A stretch of DNA of 64,000 nucleotides, taken from the IMG/VR virus record IMGVR_UViG_3300037234_000698. The stretch is one strand, 5' to 3'. This stretch comes from an uncultured virus (IMG/VR IMGVR_UViG_3300037234_000698). Its lineage: Duplodnaviria; Heunggongvirae; Uroviricota; Caudoviricetes. A program made the translations under genes and the position numbers. Below the pieces are notes generated by a model. That model was given only the letters and a program-made list of their open reading frames with translations, made no database searches and was not told the DNA's origin. Positions 9,046-18,604 of the stretch are shown here, one piece after another; position 1 is the first letter of the stretch, and the number at the start of each line of letters is the position of its first letter.

Positions 9046-9622
9046 CGGCCGCCTCCTTTTCCATGGCTTCGAGCTCGTCGTCGGTGTACTCGCCCAGCCC
9101 CTCCTCGCCGTCGCCGAGCATACCCTTGGGCTTCTCGGCCTTCTGCAACTCGGGCAGGGCGTGGCCGGAGCCGATCTGCCTGGCGAGCGCCTTGCCCTCG
9201 GAGTAGATCGCCTTGATCTCTTCGAGGGTCGGCACGCTGGCCGCGGCCGGTAGCGCGAGGTCGCGCTTGCCATCGTGCCCAGCCGGAAGCTGGGCGTTGG
9301 CCATGGCGTTGCCGTACTTCGAGATCGCCGCGCGCAACTCCTTGAACGGCGGGCGCTTGAGCGGCTCGGAGTCGGGGCGGTCGATCACGCGCTGGCCGAT
9401 GCAGCGCGGGCAGATGTCACCCAGGCTGCCGCCGGACACGCTACCGGCGCCCACACACTCGGGGCACGGCATCTTCGGATTGCCCAGAAACGCCAGCTCC
9501 TCGTAGAGCTCCTCGGCTTCGTTGAGCGCTTGCGACCGCTCGCGCAGGTCGTCGTCGGTTAGCGAGTCCACCACGTCGGCGAGCTCGTCGTCGGTCAGTT
9601 CAGAATCTTCGTGCTCGGGCAT
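9038..9622 (-). CDS. hypothetical protein with DnaJ-like CxxCxGxG zinc motif
   Basis: CPECVGAG...CPRCIG. Confidence 0.65.
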   Translation of the reverse strand: MPEHEDSELTDDELADVVDSLTDDDLRERSQALNEAEELYEELAFLGNPKMPCPECVGAGSVSGGSLGDICPRCIGQRVIDRPDSEPLKRPPFKELRAAISKYGNAMANAQLPAGHDGKRDLALPAAASVPTLEEIKAIYSEGKALARQIGSGHALPELQKAEKPKGMLGDGEEGLGEYTDDELEAMEKEAAGE

Positions 9623-10110
9623 TCCTTGTCTCCTTCGAGTTGGCTGGTGATCACATCGACACACTCGGCGATGCTCATAAGATCCGTTTGCACGGTGATG
9701 CCATGGGTGGGCGCGTCGTAGGGCGCATCCCATCCGGTGACGCCGGCGATCTCCCCGGCCCTGGCGCGGCGGTAGAGCCCCTTCGGATCCCGCGCCCAGG
9801 CGACGCTCGGGGGGCACGCCACATAGACCTGCACAAACGTGATCCCGTGGGCCTGGGTCAGGTAGCGCACGAGCCGCCGATCCCGCCGGTACGGCGAAAC
9901 GCAGGCCACGACTACGTCGCCGCCGTGCTTGATCGCGTTGACGGCCATGACCATCACATTCCGGCACCGGCCCTCGCGGCTGAAGTCCTGGTCGCCGTGG
10001 AGGGCGCGGGCCTCGTCGCCGTCGAGCAGCTTGGCGTGGACCGCTTCGGCTAGAGCCTTGGCCAGCGTGGTCTTGCCGCTGGCGGGGATCCCGGTGAGCC
10101 AGATGATCAT
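9595..10110 (-). CDS. cysC: adenylyl-sulfate (APS) kinase
   Basis: IWLTGIPASGKTTLA, LLDGD, FSREGR..N, VSPY, RDPKGLY..ARAGEI...TG...PY. Confidence 0.92.
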   Translation of the reverse strand: MIIWLTGIPASGKTTLAKALAEAVHAKLLDGDEARALHGDQDFSREGRCRNVMVMAVNAIKHGGDVVVACVSPYRRDRRLVRYLTQAHGITFVQVYVACPPSVAWARDPKGLYRRARAGEIAGVTGWDAPYDAPTHGITVQTDLMSIAECVDVITSQLEGDKECPSTKILN

Positions 10111-10773
10111 GCCGGTGGCCTTTCTTCCTTGAGGATGAGATCGAGGGTGGTGCAGCGGCGCTTCACCACATCGAGCTCGGCCTCGAGCTCCCCGATCCGC
10201 TCTTCCTTCTTATGGACGGCCTCGTGCAGCTTGTTGACGGTGTCGAGGAACATGCTGATCGCCGCGTCGGCGGCCTTGGCCTTGTCGTGGTTGGCGTGCC
10301 TGGGCGCCTTCGAGACGATCTTGCCGAAGGTTCCCTTGAGCCAGCGGAGCGCCGCGACCTGATCGTCGGTGAGCGTTGGTAGCCACTCGCACGGCGCGTG
10401 CTGCTGGTGGCGCTTGAGCTCTATCAGAATGGGAATCACGACGGCACCTCCTCTATTAGATCGACGGTCACGACCAGCCGGCTCCCAGGCGCGATCAGCG
10501 CGATGTAGAGCAGGGTGTCGGAAAAGTAGAAGCCGAGGCTCCCGATTACCACGGTCAGCGGCGCGGCGGCACTCAGCGTCGAGCTCCACGGCTCCTCGAA
10601 GCGGCTGTAGCGATCCCCGTCGCCGTCGAGGTCCAGGCCTTCGGCCTCGGCGGCGGCCAGCCGCGCCCGCGATCCGTCCCCGCGACCAGTGCGCGACCGG
10701 GTCGGCCGGTGGCGCTGGCCCAGGGGCGCGCTCGGCGGCGCGCTCGGCGGGCGGAAGTGCTCGACCGATCCCA

Positions 10774-11169
10774 CTAGTCGACCGGCTCCAAGAGAACGAC
10801 GGCTCGATAGCGGCGGCCCGACTCCAGGCACGGCCGGAGATCCTCAGAGGATCCCCGGAAGGCGTCGGCGTCGAGGGTCACGCGGTAGCCGTGCCGGGGG
10901 AAGTTGAGCTCGGCGCCGCTGATCGACAGGCGGTCGCCGGGCGCGAAGCCCCGGATCTCGAAGGTCGCGACGAAGAGCCCGACGGCGCGGTCGACCAGCG
11001 TGCCGATCCCCGTCTCCAGCGCCTCGATGCCGGCCGCGGCGTCGCGCATGTGGCGGATCGTCTCCTTCGCCTGCTCGTCGATCTGACGCTTCGCCGACTC
11101 CGCGCTCTGCACCAGGCGGGCCTCGGCGCGCCCCAGCGCTTCTTCTCCGGTGATCTGCTTGACTTCCAT
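10774..11169 (-). CDS. hypothetical protein
   Basis: ORF packed in the operon. Confidence 0.55.
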   Translation of the reverse strand: MEVKQITGEEALGRAEARLVQSAESAKRQIDEQAKETIRHMRDAAAGIEALETGIGTLVDRAVGLFVATFEIRGFAPGDRLSISGAELNFPRHGYRVTLDADAFRGSSEDLRPCLESGRRYRAVVLLEPVD

Positions 11170-11171
11170 GG

Positions 11172-11834
11172 CTACACCTGTTCCTTGGCCGGCTTGACCA
11201 TCTCGGCCACGTACCCTTCCCAGCCCAGGCGCCCAGCGGTGAGCGCGTGCGTGATGGTGGCCTGCACCATCGCTCCGGTGACGCCGCCCTCGCCGTGCTC
11301 CTTGCCGTAGACCTCGGCCGCGGCGACCATTGCCTTGATCATGGCCTCGCCGTCGGGCGTGTTGGCGTTGATCACGCCGTAGACGTTCTCGTAGCCCGAA
11401 AACTGCAGGTCCGCTTCCGTGTGCTTCTCGAGCCAGGCCAGGCCGGCGAGCACCATCGTGCGGCAGGCGCCCTCATATCCGCCGCCGAAACCGGAAACCT
11501 CGTGCATCTCGGCGCCGAACTCGCGCTTGCCGAGGGTGATCGCGGGCGTCGGCCCCATCCGGCAGGCCGCTTCCTCGTCCACTTCGACGTGGGAAAGGGC
11601 GATCCCGCCGGCTCGGCCCTCGACGGCGACCACCGGAGTGCCGTCTCCGAGCTCCCAGGCCTCGCTCCTGGTCACCGCCAGCTCACCGTCCCCAGACCTC
11701 ACCCCAGGCCAGAAGCGGACGGGGGTGCCGACCGGATAGCTGACGTTCCAGGCGCGGGCTGTCAGTTGCGCCCGAGGCCGTTTTTGGCTCTCTTTGTCGT
11801 CCCTGCTCATCTGCAACTCCTTGTAATCATTCAC
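11172..11834 (-). CDS. hypothetical protein (two apparent modules)
   Basis: WN..YPVGTPV...TRSEAW.LG phage-type N-terminal module. Confidence 0.65.
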   Translation of the reverse strand: MNDYKELQMSRDDKESQKRPRAQLTARAWNVSYPVGTPVRFWPGVRSGDGELAVTRSEAWELGDGTPVVAVEGRAGGIALSHVEVDEEAACRMGPTPAITLGKREFGAEMHEVSGFGGGYEGACRTMVLAGLAWLEKHTEADLQFSGYENVYGVINANTPDGEAMIKAMVAAAEVYGKEHGEGGVTGAMVQATITHALTAGRLGWEGYVAEMVKPAKEQV

Positions 11835-11900
11835 GTATTCACGAAAGTTGTCGTTAAACTACTATTTACCGACACCGGAAACGGACGTAGAAACGGGCAC

Positions 11901-12296
11901 TTACGGGGGTCCGCTCACGCTCAGCAAATCGCGCCCGGAAGGGCTGGGGCGCGGCCATTTGGGAATGCTGGGCGCCCTCGCGCGCCAAGGCGTCGTGCGC
12001 GCCACCGCGTCGAGCGCCAGCGTCACGCGGCCTATCATTATATGTGCGCCGTCCGCGTCGGCCGCGATCACGCGCGCCGCGGCCTCGAGCCGGTCGCTTC
12101 GTTCGTTGATCTGCCGAATGTCGGCCGCGAACCCGCCGAGCTCGCCGTTGCAGGCCTTGCTGGCGGCGGCCGGGAGGCGATCTTGGCGACCTTCGAGCGC
12201 CCGCAGGCGGTGATGGAACACCACGATCCCGCTCAACAGGCCCAGGGCGACCGCGATCAGCCCGCCGGCGATTATTTTTCCCAACTTCTCGGTCAC
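11901..12296 (-). CDS. N-terminally anchored membrane protein
   Basis: TM segment IIAGGLIAVALGLLSGIVVF. Confidence 0.55.
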   Translation of the reverse strand: MTEKLGKIIAGGLIAVALGLLSGIVVFHHRLRALEGRQDRLPAAASKACNGELGGFAADIRQINERSDRLEAAARVIAADADGAHIMIGRVTLALDAVARTTPWRARAPSIPKWPRPSPSGRDLLSVSGPP

Positions 12297-12595
12297 GATT
12301 TGTGCTCCGGGTAGCCCAGCTCGGCGACGACCTCCTCATCGGAAAGGTCTTTCCAGCCCAGGTGGTGGCGCAGCTGCATGTTTTGGGCGACCGCGCCTTC
12401 GAGCTCGGCCGCGAGATCCTCGCTGGAGTTGTCGATGGCGGCCTCGGCGGCGGCCAGGATCTTGTTGCTGGCGTCCTTGAACTGCCCCAACAGGTGCCAG
12501 AGCGCCGCTTCGCGGCCCGGCGGGCTCTGATCGTTGGCCACCATGCGGGTCAGTCGGTCCATTTCGCTCTGCAAAACCTCGGTCGGTGTCACCAC
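12293..12595 (-). CDS. hypothetical protein
   Basis: GGAG RBS, coupled ORF. Confidence 0.6.
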   Translation of the reverse strand: MVTPTEVLQSEMDRLTRMVANDQSPPGREAALWHLLGQFKDASNKILAAAEAAIDNSSEDLAAELEGAVAQNMQLRHHLGWKDLSDEEVVAELGYPEHKS

Positions 12596-13023
12596 AGCGC
12601 TCCTTGTGCCCCATCCCAGGTGCGGGGCGGCTCGGGTTCTGGCTCTTCGGCCTCTTCGTCTTCGGGATCTCCCTCGGCCGCACGCAGCTCGAAGAACATC
12701 GCGAACTCCTGCGGGTGGTTTTCGATGATCAGACGGGCGTAGTAGGCCGCGTGGTTGTTGTTGAGCTTGACGTGGAGGGTATCGCCGCCCGCGATCTCGA
12801 CGTCGTCGCCGCCCGTCTCAAGATCGCGCTGGTACCGAAGCGCGTGCATGATGGTGTGGGAGCCGTACTGGCGGAACCCCCTGTGCATGAGCGCCCTCGC
12901 CGCGGCGAGCATCTGGTCGTAGACCCACGGATTCGCCTGGTGAAACTCCAAAAACGCACACCAGCGCGGCCCGGAGCGGTCGCACCGCCTGCCCTGGAGC
13001 AGCAACTCGCCCAACGAGCTCAC
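12589..13023 (-). CDS. phage-type hypothetical protein
   Basis: FHQANPWVY...KLNNNHAAYYARL...FFELR pattern. Confidence 0.7.
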   Translation of the reverse strand: MSSLGELLLQGRRCDRSGPRWCAFLEFHQANPWVYDQMLAAARALMHRGFRQYGSHTIMHALRYQRDLETGGDDVEIAGGDTLHVKLNNNHAAYYARLIIENHPQEFAMFFELRAAEGDPEDEEAEEPEPEPPRTWDGAQGALW

Positions 13024-13315
13024 GTTACTGAACGTCCCGAGTCTGTAGGAGCCTCATCACGAAAGGGATCGTGGTAGAGGTCGGCCAGCGCGGCCTGGGC
13101 GCGCTCGCTTAAAGTGAAGTTGACCTTCCCCTCCAGCGCCGGGCGCTCCGGCCCAGCGACGATCCGGTCCTTGCAGGCCTCGCAAGCGTTCTTCTCCTCG
13201 CCGATCTCCCAGCCCGGGTTGCCGATGGAGTACGACTTGTCGCGGATCTTCGTGATCACTCGGGACGGGCGGGTGCCCGGGGGCTGCGCTTCACCACAAA
13301 ACTGACACCGATAGC

Positions 13316-13693
13316 TCACTGTGACTCCTCCGCGAAAGCAAACACCTGATGCTCGCGCCCATCGTGAGTCACGCGCACCGGGTTGAGTTTGAAAAGGCCG
13401 CCGCCGGCGTAGTCGCAACCCAAGCGACGGTGCGGGCCGGGCTTCGCGGCCTCGCCGGAGAGCCCCTTGTGCTCGCAGCCGCCCTTCGCATACCGGCCGA
13501 TGCAAGAGAAGCCCATGTACCCCGAGATTTGCTCCTTCGGGATGTCGGTGTGCTCCTCGAAGTCGCGGCACGACTGCACGGTCGCGCAGACCGGGCACAC
13601 AACCTTCCAGTCGCGCGGCTCGGCGCCGAAGAGCTCGCGGCCTTGGGCCATCCACTCTTGCCTGGTCATCGGTTCATTCGTCGTCGTCGTCAT
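13316..13693 (-). CDS. VVA0879-like phage protein
   Basis: W..VCPVC..VQS..DF...GFSCIGR...GCDY..GGLF.L. Confidence 0.7.
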   Translation of the reverse strand: MTTTTNEPMTRQEWMAQGRELFGAEPRDWKVVCPVCATVQSCRDFEEHTDIPKEQISGYMGFSCIGRYAKGGCEHKGLSGEAAKPGPHRRLGCDYAGGGLFKLNPVRVTHDGREHQVFAFAEESQ

Positions 13694-14105
13694 CGTCCCA
13701 TTCCTCCCAGATGCGCTCGACAATGTCGCAAACGTCGTCGCGCGCGGCCTTGGTTAGTGAAGCCATGCAGTCACTCGACACGCCGGTGCCGAACCGCACG
13801 ACCTCGGCCAGGTGCTCTTCGAGGTCGTCCCAGATCCGGCCGTAGTACCAGCCCTCGCAAAAAAACGACTTGCGCATCGACGAGCAGTCGCGGCAGGTCG
13901 CGTAGTCGTTGGACTCCTCCTCTATAACCTTCTCGTCGTCGTCGAGCTTCACGCCCCACGAGAACTCGTACTCTTCGCCGAGGGCGATCTCGCGGCTGCA
14001 CTCGCCGCACTTGTGCTCGACGCCGGCGACGCGCATCTCGTCGCCACCGTCGTCGTAGCCTTCGTCCACGTAGACCGCGACGCAGGAGCAGGCATCGCTA
14101 CTCAC
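13674..14105 (-). CDS. Cys-rich phage hypothetical protein
   Basis: HKCGECSREI..GEEYE...TCRDC. Confidence 0.7.
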   Translation of the reverse strand: MSSDACSCVAVYVDEGYDDGGDEMRVAGVEHKCGECSREIALGEEYEFSWGVKLDDDEKVIEEESNDYATCRDCSSMRKSFFCEGWYYGRIWDDLEEHLAEVVRFGTGVSSDCMASLTKAARDDVCDIVERIWEEWDDDDDDE

Positions 14106-14303
14106 GGTTGCCTCCTTTGTCGAGCGTCGCGAGCAGGTAGCCGATGACCACGGGGTCGAGGCCGAGCTCCTCGGCGACAGCGCGGACCACGCGAATGACG
14201 AAGTCGGGATCCTTCTTGGCTTCGCCCAGTGCCGCGCGCAGAGCAGCGCGGACGCGGGCCTCCAGGTGGTCGAGGATCAGCTTCTTGTCGGCCGGGTGTC
14301 TGC

Positions 14304-14942
14304 TCATAGCGATCCCTTCTGGCGCCGGCGTACGTGCGGCACCCGCAGGCTGCCGTTCTTCGAGTGGCACGGCTCGCCCTCCTTCACATGGCAGGTCGGG
14401 CAGACGTCGAGGTCGGCCGCCAGCTTGTGGTGGCGCGACTGGCCGGTGCGCCGCACATGCGGCTTGCGCAGCTGGCTGCCAGGGGTCCGGCAGGCGTCGC
14501 CGGCGGCCACCCCACAGACCGGGCACTTCGGCAGATCCTTTGCGGCATCGCCGAAGTCCGAGGTGCGTATGCGGCGGGCGTGCGGCCGGCAGAGTGAGCC
14601 CGACGGCTGCTTGCACGGCTGGCCCGCCTCCACTTCGCAGTGCGGGCAGACGCCCAGTTCCTCGGCATCGATGCGTACCTGCGTGCGGCGCCCGGTTATG
14701 CCCTTACTCTCGAGGTAGGCGGCGTAGCTCGGGATCAGCTCGCGGAGCTCGCCGCCGTAGCGCCGGTGCGTCCGCTCGGCCGCCGGCCGACCGAGCAACC
14801 TGGAGTTGCCGACGTGCTGCGTATCCACGCGCCAGCGCCGGGTCGGCCAGCGCTTCGAGAGCTTGTGCTCCTCCGCGGCCCAGGCAATCGCTCCCTCGTC
14901 GCTGAGAAGTGACTCGGCGACGGCCTCCGCGCCGCGGCTCAT
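14304..14942 (-). CDS. protein with three tandem phage zinc-finger repeats
   Basis: CPxCxVxxGxxCxxxxGxxxxxHxxR occurs three times. Confidence 0.75.
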   Translation of the reverse strand: MSRGAEAVAESLLSDEGAIAWAAEEHKLSKRWPTRRWRVDTQHVGNSRLLGRPAAERTHRRYGGELRELIPSYAAYLESKGITGRRTQVRIDAEELGVCPHCEVEAGQPCKQPSGSLCRPHARRIRTSDFGDAAKDLPKCPVCGVAAGDACRTPGSQLRKPHVRRTGQSRHHKLAADLDVCPTCHVKEGEPCHSKNGSLRVPHVRRRQKGSL

Positions 14943-15140
14943 TGCGCCGGCCTCCAGTACCAGACGATCAGCGTAATGCAGTGGTACTCGCTGTCCGAGC
15001 TCTGGCGAACGTCCACCCTATCGACGTCTGGGAAGCCGGCCTCCTCGTGCCAGGCGTTGTAGGCCTCGCCGAGGCGCTCGCGCTCCTTGGCCATGGTCGC
15101 CGAGATCACCTTGCAGGCCAGATGGCCCAGCGCGGCGTTA

Positions 15141-15590
15141 TCAGGCGTCCGCGACGACGATCTCCGTACGCGGGGCTTCCGCGTCGATGTCTTGCTTGTA
15201 TCGGTCATCAAGTGCGTCCTCTGTGTCGTCCGTGATGAGTCCCCGAATGATCGCCGCGTCGATCAGTGGCTTGCAGCCGCCGACGTGGTTCCCGCGATCA
15301 AGGAGGTAGCGCTTCGACTTGGCGTAGCGGGTGACGATCAACACCCGCTTGCCGGTGGCCTTGGGAATGCGCCCGTTGGCCATTCCCACCATGATCCAGC
15401 TCGCCAACTCGTCGCGCAGCCGGGCGTAGGCGTGCTTGTTTCGGTATCGCCGCCGCAGCACATTCTGGCTCGGGGTCGGGCGACCGATTGTGATCGTGCC
15501 TAGCAAGATGGGAAGTCCCGCCAAGCGGAGCAACTCGGGCCGGATAGGCGTGATTCCGAGAAGCTCCGCAAGGCTGAGATGATCAATCAG
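15141..15590 (-). CDS. RusA-like Holliday junction resolvase (start uncertain)
   Basis: PSQN...DRGNHVGGCKPLIDA....GLITDD. Confidence 0.65.
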   Translation of the reverse strand: MIDHLSLAELLGITPIRPELLRLAGLPILLGTITIGRPTPSQNVLRRRYRNKHAYARLRDELASWIMVGMANGRIPKATGKRVLIVTRYAKSKRYLLDRGNHVGGCKPLIDAAIIRGLITDDTEDALDDRYKQDIDAEAPRTEIVVADA

Positions 15591-15912
15591 TCTCTTCTTC
15601 GTCGTCGTCGTCGTCATCGTCCTCGGGATCTTCGCCGTCGCCCTCGGGGATGTCCGGCTCGCCCTCCCTGGTGTCGATCTCGTCGAAGAGCTCCTGGGCC
15701 GCCTGGACCGCGCGGGCACCCTCGCCCAGCGCGTCGTCGATGGTTTCCAAGAGCTCGCCCCGGGCCTTGCCCTTCTTGTCCTCGTCGGGCTCGATGAAAA
15801 GTGCGAGCGTCTGGTCGAGCGCGTCGCCGGCGATGGCAACCGCGCCGCGGCACGCCGCCAGGCGAGCCATAACGAAGTCCCTGGCCGCCTGCTGTTCTTC
15901 CCTCTTGCTCAC
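15583..15912 (-). CDS. acidic hypothetical protein
   Basis: GGAGG RBS; poly-D/E tail. Confidence 0.7.
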   Translation of the reverse strand: MSKREEQQAARDFVMARLAACRGAVAIAGDALDQTLALFIEPDEDKKGKARGELLETIDDALGEGARAVQAAQELFDEIDTREGEPDIPEGDGEDPEDDDDDDDEEETD

Positions 15913-15921
15913 GTCGTCCTC

Positions 15922-16155
15922 CTATGCCTGTTTCACGGTGATCACCGTGACGTCCTGCACCCCGGCGATCTCCATGAGCTTGCCGCAGTGGTCACAGTCG
16001 ATCTTGGTTCCCGCTTCCAGGCCGTAACCGCCCCAGCCGCCCACGCCCTCCTTCGGGCGAAGGCCGCGGCAGTCGTTTGCCTTGCCGCAGTGGGGGCACG
16101 GGACGCGATGAATCGCGCCCGAGCTCGCCTTTTTAGTCCGCGGTTTCTTGGCCAT
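15922..16155 (-). CDS. small zinc-ribbon protein; first gene after a putative promoter
   Basis: CPHCG...CDHCG; GGAGG RBS. Confidence 0.7.
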   Translation of the reverse strand: MAKKPRTKKASSGAIHRVPCPHCGKANDCRGLRPKEGVGGWGGYGLEAGTKIDCDHCGKLMEIAGVQDVTVITVKQA

Positions 16156-16159
16156 GTGT

Positions 16160-16200
16160 CCCTCCAGACCTACACCGTGGGTATGACATTTGTCAAGAAT
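16160..16200 (-). promoter_or_regulatory. putative sigma70-type promoter with an operator-like palindrome
   Basis: TTGACA on the minus strand (16191-16196), overlapping the inverted repeat TGACA-TT-TGTCA (16184-16195). Confidence 0.55.
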
Positions 16201-16208
16201 AAGTCCGA

Positions 16209-16517
16209 CTACGCGGACGGGAGTGAAATGCCCGACTCGGCCGGCGAAAGGATATTCGAGCCTTCGACGCCCTCTGGCCCCTCGGACACCCAGATCACAT
16301 CCTCGGCCCGGAAAAGGAACGGCATCGACACCACGCGCGGCCCCGCCCCCGTCGCCATCTGGGCCTGCTGCTCGATCCGGTAGATGCCCGGGAAGTCGGT
16401 TTCCGTGATCCGGCCGGGACCGATGCCCCCGACGCCCTGCACCAGGGCGAGATCACCCTTCAGCTTGACCTGGATCTCCTTGTCGGTCCCCACGAAGGTT
16501 TTAAGTAGCTCTTCCAT
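16209..16517 (-). CDS. hypothetical protein
   Basis: AGGAG RBS; start MEELLK. Confidence 0.65.
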   Translation of the reverse strand: MEELLKTFVGTDKEIQVKLKGDLALVQGVGGIGPGRITETDFPGIYRIEQQAQMATGAGPRVVSMPFLFRAEDVIWVSEGPEGVEGSNILSPAESGISLPSA

Positions 16518-17688
16518 CTGCGATCTCCTTGAGAGTGGTGCCCAAAAGCTGGGCGACTGGTTCGTAACCGTACACGCGCTCGAGGCGAGCTCGCGATTCG
16601 GTCGCATCGTATGGCAATGTGCGGTCCTCGTAGACCGCGCGCATCTTCTGGCCGAGCTCGACGAGGTTGGGCTCGGCCCAGGTCTGCCGGCAATCCACGC
16701 CAGGGGGGAGCGCCACGCGCGAGTGCTGCACGAAGCTCCCGCCGTCCTTGGTGATCTCCCCGCGCACCTCGGTGCCGAAGCACGGCGTTGGCTGGTAGTC
16801 GACGTACTGGACCCACTCGTAGTCGTCGAGAAAATCCACGAATCCGCCGCAGCCGGGGGTCACGATCTTGCGCGCCATGATGGCGGCCTCAAAGTGGCCC
16901 AGGCCGAAACCCTCGCCGCGAGTCGCGGAAACGAAGCAGTCGGCGCCGGCGTGGAGCTCGACAAGCTGCTCCTCGGTCAGCTGCTCGTTGGGTACCTGTA
17001 GCCCTGGCAAAGCCTCGGCCGGCACGCCGGTCCTGGCCAGGAGCGATCTGACCTCGGTGAAGTCGGCGCCGCTGCAGATCAGATAGAGCGCGACGTTGTC
17101 GGCCTTCGTGAACTCGTGAAGGTAGGCCTTGATCAACCCCAGGGCGTTCTTGCGCTCACCCCAGGCTCCAATCGAGTAGAAGCGGAAGGGGTCGCCGGTC
17201 GCCAGGCTCGTGGGCACCATGCGGTGGTCCCAGAACTCCGGCTCGAAGCAGTGGGGCACGACGTGGACCGACACCAGGCCGTTGGCCACCGCGCCGTTGA
17301 CGTCGATGGCCTTCTGGCAGAACTCGCTGGGAACGATCACCGCGTCGTAGCCGGCGAGCGCGGCCCGAAGGTCGCTCGGCATCCGGTTGGTTTCCCAGGT
17401 GGTGAGCGCAACGTGCTTTGCCGCCCCGGGGTCGAGCAGACCGTTCTCTACCAGGGCCGCCAGCGCGCGAGGAGTCGTGTGATAGACCGCCACATCCGCG
17501 AGAGGAAGCTCCCTCCCGACGAGCCGCGCAAGCTGGTGATAGCGCGGCTCGAGCTGGGTTCCGCGGTCGCCGAGCGCGACGATTTCGACTTCGTCGTCGG
17601 TGTACTCGTCGAGCGCTTTGAGGTAGTCGTGGGCTGCGCGGCCGTAGCCGGTGAGCCGGGCGAAGTGACAGTGGTAACGGATCCGCAT
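16501..17688 (-). CDS. glycosyltransferase family 4 (GT-B)
   Basis: TGYGRAA, TTWET, RKN, ADCFVSATRGEGFGLGHFEA. Confidence 0.9.
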   Translation of the reverse strand: MRIRYHCHFARLTGYGRAAHDYLKALDEYTDDEVEIVALGDRGTQLEPRYHQLARLVGRELPLADVAVYHTTPRALAALVENGLLDPGAAKHVALTTWETNRMPSDLRAALAGYDAVIVPSEFCQKAIDVNGAVANGLVSVHVVPHCFEPEFWDHRMVPTSLATGDPFRFYSIGAWGERKNALGLIKAYLHEFTKADNVALYLICSGADFTEVRSLLARTGVPAEALPGLQVPNEQLTEEQLVELHAGADCFVSATRGEGFGLGHFEAAIMARKIVTPGCGGFVDFLDDYEWVQYVDYQPTPCFGTEVRGEITKDGGSFVQHSRVALPPGVDCRQTWAEPNLVELGQKMRAVYEDRTLPYDATESRARLERVYGYEPVAQLLGTTLKEIADGRAT

Positions 17689-18269
17689 AGGTCGTCCAAA
17701 AGCTCTCTGAGTTGGGAGCGGTCGGAGGGCATGTGTACCGCATCGAGGCCCAGGGCGCGTAGCCCCTCGGTGTCCGCTCGGGTGGGGGCGATGATCGCGT
17801 CGTAGCGCTGGAGCGCGAACACCTCCTTGGGATCTGGTCCCCTGGGAACGATCCCGGTGATCGCCACGTTCTTACAGCCCACGGTGTAGATGCCGCCGAG
17901 GGCCGTCTGCGGCTCGTAGATCACCTCCCGGCCGGGCTCTACCTTTATATGTGCGAGCTCGGCGAGCACCTTGCCGACGTCCTGCACGTCGAGCTCGCGG
18001 GGATCCACGCCGGTTCCCGGGATCATGTCCCGGCTGCTCATCCGCCCCCCCATCAGGAACCCCGGGGGCGCGCAGACAATGTTGACGAAGGGCTCGGAGA
18101 GGTCAGTCACGAACAGGCGCGCCAGCGGCCCCCAGCCTTCCGGGCAGGCTGGCCCTATCGGGATCGCCCGCACGGGCCGCCCGCACCCCTGGAGCTCAGC
18201 CAGGTATTCTCGGGAGAGGTCGCCAACCGGCCCGTGGGCGACGACGCAGAAGTAGCGAATCATCGTCAC
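17448..18269 (-). CDS. hypothetical protein, possibly GT-B N-terminal-like; 3' end overlaps the GT4 gene
   Basis: LSREY...L...YDAIIAPT resembles the neighbouring GT4 N-terminal domain. Confidence 0.45.
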   Translation of the reverse strand: MTMIRYFCVVAHGPVGDLSREYLAELQGCGRPVRAIPIGPACPEGWGPLARLFVTDLSEPFVNIVCAPPGFLMGGRMSSRDMIPGTGVDPRELDVQDVGKVLAELAHIKVEPGREVIYEPQTALGGIYTVGCKNVAITGIVPRGPDPKEVFALQRYDAIIAPTRADTEGLRALGLDAVHMPSDRSQLRELLDDLCGSVTTVTSPGSPATAAQPTTTSKRSTSTPTTKSKSSRSATAEPSSSRAITSLRGSSGGSFLSRMWRSITRLLARWRPW

Positions 18270-18298
18270 GCCGCGAGCCTAGCACGGCGCGGCGACTG

Positions 18299-18595
18299 CT
18301 ACAGGATGCAGGCGATACAGCCCAGCCCGTTCTGGGCGCCCGGAGCGGGCTTGACGACGCTGACGCGCTGGCGCCCTGCGACCATCTGCACGCCGAAGAG
18401 AGCCAGGCCGGCACCCATGCCGACGTTCTGGAGCGACCGGCTGCCGAGCAGCAGACCGAGCCCCCAGACGCCGACGGCTAGCAGGCCGCCGGTCTTGACC
18501 GCCTGCTCGGTGACGTTGCCCTCGTGCTCGTCGGCCCCGACGGCCATCAGCTGGGTGACGCCTTTCGCGCCCGGTGGTCCGTAGCTCACTTGCAT
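18299..18595 (-). CDS. small two-TM membrane protein
   Basis: GGAG RBS; two hydrophobic segments; AVGAD and NGLGC motifs. Confidence 0.7.
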   Translation of the reverse strand: MQVSYGPPGAKGVTQLMAVGADEHEGNVTEQAVKTGGLLAVGVWGLGLLLGSRSLQNVGMGAGLALFGVQMVAGRQRVSVVKPAPGAQNGLGCIACIL

Positions 18596-18604
18596 GGCGT
18601 GCTC